Assembly (NCBI GenBank): GCA_964422035.1
Contig: CAYQZQ010000001.1
Coordinates: forward strand, 515,025-579,024
Origin: an uncultured Pseudomonadales bacterium
GTDB taxonomy: Bacteria > Patescibacteriota > Microgenomatia > UBA1400 > Chazhemtobacteraceae
DNA: 64,000 nt
Reading direction: 5' to 3'
How positions within the stretch are numbered: position 1 is the first letter of the stretch; every line of letters starts with the position of its first letter. Of this stretch, positions 58,064-64,000 are shown piece by piece. The position numbers and the translations under genes were made by a program. The notes under the pieces were generated by a model. It was not told the DNA's origin and did no database searches. It saw only the letters and a program-made list of their open reading frames with translations.

Positions 58064-59134
58064 TTAATTTTTTGGTAAAAAGTTTTGAAGATTTTGTTGA
58101 GTAATGTGCACAGATTCAGCCTTGTTTTCAACGATCATGCGCGCTGTTTTTCTAGCGATTCCCTGCAGGCTTCTCTTTAAGGTTCTTATTCCTGCGTCAT
58201 AGCCTAATGGGCGTACAATTTGCGGCCATAATTGGTCATCAATGGTTAATTGCTGACTAGTTAGACCTGCATCTTCTATTACTTGGGGGAACAGGTAGTC
58301 TTGAGCTATGTGCATTTTTTCCTCATCTGTATAAGAGGGCATTCTGATGGGCTCCAGCCTGTCCTGCACAGCAGTGGCAATATTGGTGGTATTGTTGCCG
58401 GTAGCAATGAAGATGATTTCAGAGAGATCAATTGGATAGTCTATGTAATGATCAATAAAATTAGAGTTTTGTTCCTGATCTAACAGTTCAACTAAAACTC
58501 CCATTATGTCATCTCGATTTTTTTCAGTTATTCTATCAATCTCATCTAGAAGAATAATCGAGTTCTTTGCCTGTGTTTGAGCTAAAGATTTAACGATATA
58601 TCCTGGCTCAGACTCTAGATGAAGGCTTGACTGCCCCCTTAGGTCTTTGGCTGAACCTAGCCCTCCAAAAGGTATACGCGCCATTGGCCTGTCTAAAGCT
58701 TCAGATAGGGCACGAGCAAAGGTTGTTTTTCCGGTTCCTACAAGACCCACCAAGAATATGGTGGGGGCCTTAGCTACGCCTTGATTGCGAGATAGGCGGA
58801 GCTTGAGAACCGACATATATTCAAGGATGCGGTCTTTTACATCTTGCATACCGTAATGATGCTTGTCCAAAGTTTGCTGTATTTTTGTAATATCAATTGG
58901 TTTTTGAACTCTTTTGTTCCAGGGCAGTTTTGTAATCCAGTCGATGTAATGACGGGCTGTCTCGTATTCTTTGCTATAGTAATCACTGTTTTCCATGCGC
59001 TGAAGGCGGTCTGTCATTCTTTTTGCTTTATTTTCGAGATCTGGGGGCAATGTAGTCTGCTCAATCTTTTGATTAAGATTGATAACATCTTGATTAGGCG
59101 ACTTGCTAGAAGGGTGGTTGGCAGGCTGATCCAT
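58064..59134 (-). CDS. Lon-type AAA+ ATPase module without N-domain or S16 protease domain
   Basis: YIDWITKLPWNKR, DHYGMQDVKDRILEYMSV, Walker A LVGLVGTGKTT, Walker B ILLDEIDRI, AGIRTLKRSLQGIARKTARMIV; all collinear with the Lon AAA+ module. The ORF stops right after the alpha-helical lid and no protease domain follows. Confidence 0.6.
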   Translation of the reverse strand: MDQPANHPSSKSPNQDVINLNQKIEQTTLPPDLENKAKRMTDRLQRMENSDYYSKEYETARHYIDWITKLPWNKRVQKPIDITKIQQTLDKHHYGMQDVKDRILEYMSVLKLRLSRNQGVAKAPTIFLVGLVGTGKTTFARALSEALDRPMARIPFGGLGSAKDLRGQSSLHLESEPGYIVKSLAQTQAKNSIILLDEIDRITEKNRDDIMGVLVELLDQEQNSNFIDHYIDYPIDLSEIIFIATGNNTTNIATAVQDRLEPIRMPSYTDEEKMHIAQDYLFPQVIEDAGLTSQQLTIDDQLWPQIVRPLGYDAGIRTLKRSLQGIARKTARMIVENKAESVHITQQNLQNFLPKN

Positions 59135-59151
59135 AGACTCAGTATAAACGG

Positions 59152-61284
59152 TTAGCGATGGTCTTGAAAGCGTTTCGCTCGTTTTGAAGAGGACTTGTCT
59201 TCTTTTTGCTTATCACTTTTCATTGTTAAGTTGATGCGATCCTTGTCATCAATTTCAGTTACCTTGACTTCAACTTTCTCCCCTTCTTTGACAACACTTC
59301 TAGGATCTTTTACAAACTCATCACTCATCTCAGACACATGAACTAATCCTTCTTGTCCGGGCAGTACTTCTACAAAAGCTCCGAAGTCAAGAATGTTTTT
59401 TACGGTGCCAGTATAAGTTTTACCAACCTCTACTTCAGCAGTTAGGTTTTCAACATATTCTTTGGCTTTTTCAACCTTTTTGGCATCAACGCCTGAAATA
59501 TTAACTAGTCCTTTTTCATCAGCATCTTCTACGTTAACTTCAACATCGAAGTCTTCTTGAATTTGTCGAATCATTTTTCCACCAGGCCCAATCACGGTGC
59601 CTATTTTTTTGGCGGGAATAACTAAGTTAACAACTCTAGGCGCGTACTGATTTATATCAGTACGAGGCTCGGACAGAGCTTTGTTCATTTCTTTAAGAAT
59701 GTGCAATCTGCCTTTTTTAGCATCTTGTAAAGCATCACCTAAGAATTTAGGGGTAACGTTTAGTTTTTTTACATCCATTTGAATTGCTGTAATACCATCT
59801 TGAGTTCCAGCTACTTTGAAGTCCATGTCTCCCATGAAATCTTCAACGCCAAGAATATCAGTAAGTAAAACAGTCTCATCATCTTCGCTAACAGCACCCA
59901 TGGCAATTCCTGCAACAGGTTTTTTAATAGGCACTCCAGCATCCATCAAGGAGAGAGATGAGCCGCAGACGGCTGCTTGTGAGGTCGAGCCGTTGGACGA
60001 CATTATCTCTGAGACAACCCTAATTGTGTAAGGGAAGTCATTTTCGTCAGGAATTACAGGCATCATAGCTCTTTCTGCTAATGAGCCGTGGCCGATTTCT
60101 CTTCGTGAGGGCCAAGCTAGACGACCTGATTCCCCGGTTGAAAACGGAGGCATGTTGTAATGATGAATATATCTTTTAGTCGATTCTCCTTCCATTGTTT
60201 CCATTAATTGTTCGTGAGCGGGGGAGGCTAAAGTTGTAATAGACAAAGCATGAGTTAGTCCGCGCTTGAACTGTACAGAGCCATGAGTTCTCGGTAGCAA
60301 ACCTGTTTCAATTTCAATGTTGCGAATATCTTGAGGCTTTCTACCATCTGGACGAAGTTGTTCTTTGACAATTTTTTGTCGAATACTGTTTTTAAGAAGT
60401 TTAAATAGAGTATTGTCGATTTCCTTTTTATCAAGATCTTCATGTTCTTGAGATATAGCTCTAACAACGTCTCCTATGCTTCTGCCTTTGTGAGTAGCCC
60501 ATTCAGTTGCTAATTTGTCAAAATCATCAACGTGTTTGTTAATCACTTCTTCAATTTCTGAGTCATCTTGCTCTGGTGAACTGAAAGAGATCTTTTCAGT
60601 ACCAACTTTATCAACAAGATCTTTTATGGCTGAAATTATTTTTTGATTTTCCTGATGGGCAAACTCTAAAGCTTCTGCTAGTTTTTCTTCACCGACCTCT
60701 TTGGCGCCGGCTTCTATCATGGTGAGAGATTCTTTGGTGCCACTGACGATTAGGTCAAGATCAGATTCTTTCATCTGCTTGTTGCTTGGATTTGATTGAA
60801 GCTCTCCGTCAACTATCCCCACACGAACTGCTCCGACAGGACCATTGAATGGGGTGGAAGCGATAGAAGCTGCTGCTGAAGCTGCAATTGCTGAAAGAAT
60901 TTCTGGCTCATTTTCACCATCCACTGATAGAGGAGTGATAATGATTTGAAGATCTCCTCGATAACTTTTGGGAAATACAGGTCGTAGTGTTCGATCTATT
61001 AAGCGAGCAGTCAAAAAGTCCTCATCAGATGGACGACCTTCTCTTTTAACAAAACGGGAAGACTTAATTATTCCTCCAGCATACAATTTAGGCCTGTAGT
61101 CTACTGTAAGAGGTAAAAAGTCTAGTCCTTCTTTGGGTGGATTATCGTTTAGTGTTGCTAGAACCAGTGTGTCTCCGCAAAGAGCTGTAACAGCTGCTGT
61201 TGCTTGGGGAGCAAACCGTCCCGTTTCTAGTTCAATAGTAATATCTCCCTTTAAGGAGATAGTGGTTTTTTTTATAGATGTCAT
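59152..61284 (-). CDS. pnp: Polynucleotide phosphorylase (start reassigned to MTSIKKTT)
   Basis: Two RNase PH domains plus C-terminal KH and S1 (GKTYTGTVKNILDFGAFVEV). Confidence 0.9.
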   Translation of the reverse strand: MTSIKKTTISLKGDITIELETGRFAPQATAAVTALCGDTLVLATLNDNPPKEGLDFLPLTVDYRPKLYAGGIIKSSRFVKREGRPSDEDFLTARLIDRTLRPVFPKSYRGDLQIIITPLSVDGENEPEILSAIAASAAASIASTPFNGPVGAVRVGIVDGELQSNPSNKQMKESDLDLIVSGTKESLTMIEAGAKEVGEEKLAEALEFAHQENQKIISAIKDLVDKVGTEKISFSSPEQDDSEIEEVINKHVDDFDKLATEWATHKGRSIGDVVRAISQEHEDLDKKEIDNTLFKLLKNSIRQKIVKEQLRPDGRKPQDIRNIEIETGLLPRTHGSVQFKRGLTHALSITTLASPAHEQLMETMEGESTKRYIHHYNMPPFSTGESGRLAWPSRREIGHGSLAERAMMPVIPDENDFPYTIRVVSEIMSSNGSTSQAAVCGSSLSLMDAGVPIKKPVAGIAMGAVSEDDETVLLTDILGVEDFMGDMDFKVAGTQDGITAIQMDVKKLNVTPKFLGDALQDAKKGRLHILKEMNKALSEPRTDINQYAPRVVNLVIPAKKIGTVIGPGGKMIRQIQEDFDVEVNVEDADEKGLVNISGVDAKKVEKAKEYVENLTAEVEVGKTYTGTVKNILDFGAFVEVLPGQEGLVHVSEMSDEFVKDPRSVVKEGEKVEVKVTEIDDKDRINLTMKSDKQKEDKSSSKRAKRFQDHR

Positions 61285-61397
61285 ATCTTTTTTGGAGAGA
61301 GATTCAAGTGGTTGAGAAGTCGGGGGTGGAAACATTTTATTTGCACTCCTGATTCCTCAACCAGATATTTGGGCTCCCTATGTAAATTTGATAATTA

Positions 61398-61865
61398 TTA
61401 TTTTAAAATTTCTTCTTTAATTTCTTGCAGGCCTTTTTTGCCGATACCATCGATTTCTAAAATCTCATCTTCAGAAAGCTTTGATAGCTTGTCAACAGTT
61501 ATATTTGCATTTTGAAGAGCGTTTTCGGTTCGTGTAGACAATTCTTTAAAATCATTAATTGATGATTTTTCTTGAGTTTCTGCGTTTGATTTGATTTTTG
61601 TTTGTCTGATATCAAGTTCTCTAACAAGATCCTGATATGCTTTTGGGTTTGATTGACCCAAGTAGTTAAGCAATCTGCGTCTTTTGCCAACTATTTTAAT
61701 CAAACCTCTTCGGGAATGGTTATCTTTAGGGTGTCCCTCAAGATGATCAGTTAAATCTCTTAGCTGGTAAGTAAGCAAGGCAATTTGGACCTGAGGAGAT
61801 CCGGTGTCTCCTTTGCTTGTAGCATAACTGTCGATAATTTCTTGTTTTCGTTTTTTGTCTAACAT
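61398..61865 (-). CDS. rpsO: 30S ribosomal protein S15 fused to a C-terminal RpoA-alpha-CTD-like HhH domain (start at MLDKKRKQ)
   Basis: S15 core GDTGSPQVQIALLTYQLRDLTDHLEGHPKDNHSRRGLIKIVGKRRRLLNYL, then ...[51 protein letters not shown]. Confidence 0.85.
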   Translation of the reverse strand: MLDKKRKQEIIDSYATSKGDTGSPQVQIALLTYQLRDLTDHLEGHPKDNHSRRGLIKIVGKRRRLLNYLGQSNPKAYQDLVRELDIRQTKIKSNAETQEKSSINDFKELSTRTENALQNANITVDKLSKLSEDEILEIDGIGKKGLQEIKEEILK

Positions 61866-61934
61866 AAATGGGTGTTGAAATCTCAACAAGACTGTATTTT
61901 AGCAGAAAAGGCTTGGAGAGTAAAAGATAAAAGG

Positions 61935-62825
61935 CTAATTGCGCTGTGAATCACTGTGATAAATTTTAGGTTTTTGCCAATCTGAAGGAACGTCTTCGTC
62001 TGAAAAATCAGATTTTTGTGTGGACAAATCGGGGTGTGGCTTAGGTTCTTGAAAAGAAGGCTGTTCTTCAAAAAAAGGAGGCTTATTAGAAGAGGTTAGC
62101 TGGTTAACTTGAGCATTATTTTCAAGTAAGTAAGCAGCGATTTTGAATGTTTGAGGAGTTATGTGAGGGGATTTAAATTGATCAGTATTATCGAGCATGC
62201 GTTGGTATAAGATGGTGGCAGTTGATTGAGAAATTTTCAATTTAAATTTTTTAAGGAGATAAGAGATTGCTTCGGAAATTCCGGTGCTACGAGCATTAAG
62301 GTCAAGTGTAGGAAATTCAAGTTCTTCATTGTCTTGATGGATATTGATAAGAGTAGATTTGTCGATGAATTCTTTTTCTTGGGAGTATAGTTTACCTAGT
62401 TCTGATAAAGATTTTATGCCAATAGTGATAACTAAGTCTGCCTGTGCCCCAGAAAACGAGTATTCTACCTGTTTGGGGTCAAGTGGTTGCCCTTCTTTGG
62501 CAGGCTTGATCATTAAGTTAAATACTTGTTTATCTTTATTAATATCATATGAAACATGGCCAACAGATTCTGCTTTGTATGGAAAAGAGATTATTAAATT
62601 TTGGTTGCCAACTTGTTGTTGAATCTCTTCCGCTCCCGGAAGTTGAGAGTCAATCTTTGAAGAACAACCAATTGTTGATTTTTTATCGGCCTTTTTTAAG
62701 CTTGAATGGAGGGCTAAGCCTGCTGCAATTAAGTCTGCACTTGGCTTTGGTGGTAGAAGCACTAAAACAGTTGAGGAAGATTTGAGCAGTTCTTGAAAAC
62801 TATCGACTTTATTTTGTCCAAACAT
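61935..62825 (-). CDS. DHH/DHHA1 phosphoesterase-like (NrnA-like) protein with degenerate catalytic motifs
   Basis: VLVLLPPKPSADLIAAGLALHSSLKK aligns to NrnA motif I-II but DxD is replaced by SAD. NIHQDN sits where DHH is expected. A conserved DHH-family gene is known next to infB-rbfA in other bacteria. Confidence 0.35.
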   Translation of the reverse strand: MFGQNKVDSFQELLKSSSTVLVLLPPKPSADLIAAGLALHSSLKKADKKSTIGCSSKIDSQLPGAEEIQQQVGNQNLIISFPYKAESVGHVSYDINKDKQVFNLMIKPAKEGQPLDPKQVEYSFSGAQADLVITIGIKSLSELGKLYSQEKEFIDKSTLINIHQDNEELEFPTLDLNARSTGISEAISYLLKKFKLKISQSTATILYQRMLDNTDQFKSPHITPQTFKIAAYLLENNAQVNQLTSSNKPPFFEEQPSFQEPKPHPDLSTQKSDFSDEDVPSDWQKPKIYHSDSQRN

Positions 62826-64000
62826 TATTTAGATCTGATTTTATATGAGATAATAACATCCCCGGATTTTATGTCAAGCTCTGGTTTACAAATAAGCCCA
62901 AACTCATCGCCTTTTTTGACCATTTTTACGTCTTGGTCGCCTTGCTTTAGTGAAATAATGATCGATCCTTTTTCTGTGCCCTCAACTTTTATTTTATCTT
63001 GGTAGCGAATTGCTCCTGATGATATTTTTCCACCGATTACTTGATAATCATTGTAATCAAAAATCTTAATAACATCAGCTTTTCCATTTACGACCTCTTC
63101 TTTTTGGGGACTGGATTCTGACTCAATTAATTGTTTTACTTTTTTTAGAAGATCATAGATTGATTTATAAGTGAATATTGGAATTTCTTCAATATCAGCC
63201 AGTTGCTTAGCAGACCTGTTGGGTTGAACTCTGAAGCCTAAAATTGTTGCGTTGCCTGTTTGGGCTTGCATGATATCTGACTCTGTAATACTACCGGTAC
63301 TGGCGGATATTAGTTGAGTCTCTTTGGGAAGACTAGATGATATAGCTTCCAAAGATCCTAAAAAATCAGTTTTTAATATTATGTTAATTTTATCTTCTTG
63401 AGGAGAACCCACATCAATGTCTGACTTGCTAGATTCTAGCAAGTCCTTGAATTCGTCGACTGATTCCTTTTGAGTAACTAGGCTTCCAGCCGGAGGTACT
63501 TTTTGAAAGCCGAGTATTTGTGCAGGAGAAGAAGGACCAAGTTTGGAAACTTGATCTGCTTTCCAGTCTAATAATGACTTAACTTTGCCGTTGATTTGCT
63601 CTGAATTAATTCCTACAATAGCGGAGACTTCTTGGTTTTTTTCAATAGAACCATTTTTAATAATCAAAGTGGCCAGAGGTCCGCTGCGCTTATCTAGTTG
63701 AGATTCAACAACTATAGCTTCAAGAATGGCTTGCGGGTCAGCTTTTAGCTCTTGAAGTTCTGATAATACCAACAATGTCTCAAGTAATTCATCTAAGTTT
63801 TTATTTTTGAGGGCAGAAATTTCCACGACGGGAACATCTCCTCCAAAACCTTCAACCAAAACTTCTTCTTCGGCAAGTTGTGTCTTTATTTTTTGTATAT
63901 CGACATCAGGTAAGTCAACTTTATTTATAGCAACTATGTAAGGAATACCTGCTTGTTTTATGTGGGTAATGGATTCTTTTGTTTGTGGTTGTACCCCATC
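62825..64000 (-). CDS. infB: Translation initiation factor IF-2, C-terminal part (open to window end)
   Basis: Frame stays open to position 64000: DGVQPQTKESITHIKQAGIPYIVAINKVDLP... (G domain), continuing into IF2 domains II-IV. The track ORF's start at 63859 is an internal TTG. Confidence 0.9.
   Translation of the reverse strand, partial: DGVQPQTKESITHIKQAGIPYIVAINKVDLPDVDIQKIKTQLAEEEVLVEGFGGDVPVVEISALKNKNLDELLETLLVLSELQELKADPQAILEAIVVESQLDKRSGPLATLIIKNGSIEKNQEVSAIVGINSEQINGKVKSLLDWKADQVSKLGPSSPAQILGFQKVPPAGSLVTQKESVDEFKDLLESSKSDIDVGSPQEDKINIILKTDFLGSLEAISSSLPKETQLISASTGSITESDIMQAQTGNATILGFRVQPNRSAKQLADIEEIPIFTYKSIYDLLKKVKQLIESESSPQKEEVVNGKADVIKIFDYNDYQVIGGKISSGAIRYQDKIKVEGTEKGSIIISLKQGDQDVKMVKKGDEFGLICKPELDIKSGDVIISYKIRSK

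Overview
Low-GC (about 38-40%) bacterial chromosomal window with reduced-genome (CPR/Patescibacteria-like) features. Positions ~17.9-64 kb are one co-directional minus-strand block of core genes: infB (partial), a DHH-like protein, rpsO, pnp, a Lon-type AAA+ module lacking a protease domain, rnj, ftsK, rodZ-like, alaS, a 711-aa membrane protein plus sortase, ruvX, mltG, rpoB, rpoC, rpsL, rpsG, fusA, tuf, then the complete S10-spc-alpha ribosomal protein cluster (rpsJ to rpsI). The cluster includes secY, adk, map, infA, an unannotated rpmJ and rpoA; L30 (rpmD) is absent. Positions 1-17.3 kb are accessory-like. They hold a partial zinc-ribbon/HNH endonuclease next to a tRNA, a three-gene nuclease operon (Cas4-like PD-(D/E)XK nuclease, YjbQ, NYN), a secreted thermonuclease, an ABC-2 transporter, a PQQ-type sugar dehydrogenase-like beta-propeller, a Dda/RecD-like helicase, a GmrSD-family type IV restriction enzyme in an AT-rich island, a trypsin-like protease, NUDIX, a methyltransferase and pyrH. 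Most notable: paralogous RpoA-alpha-CTD-like helix-hairpin-helix tails appended to ribosomal proteins S5 and S15; an independently promoted and terminated pair of tiny membrane-protein genes inserted between secY and adk; a standalone Lon AAA+ module; and an insertion of a membrane protein plus sortase into the conserved alaS-ruvX-mltG block. No CRISPR array, rRNA or obvious IS element was seen. All calls rest on reading the six-frame translations by eye; no database search was run.
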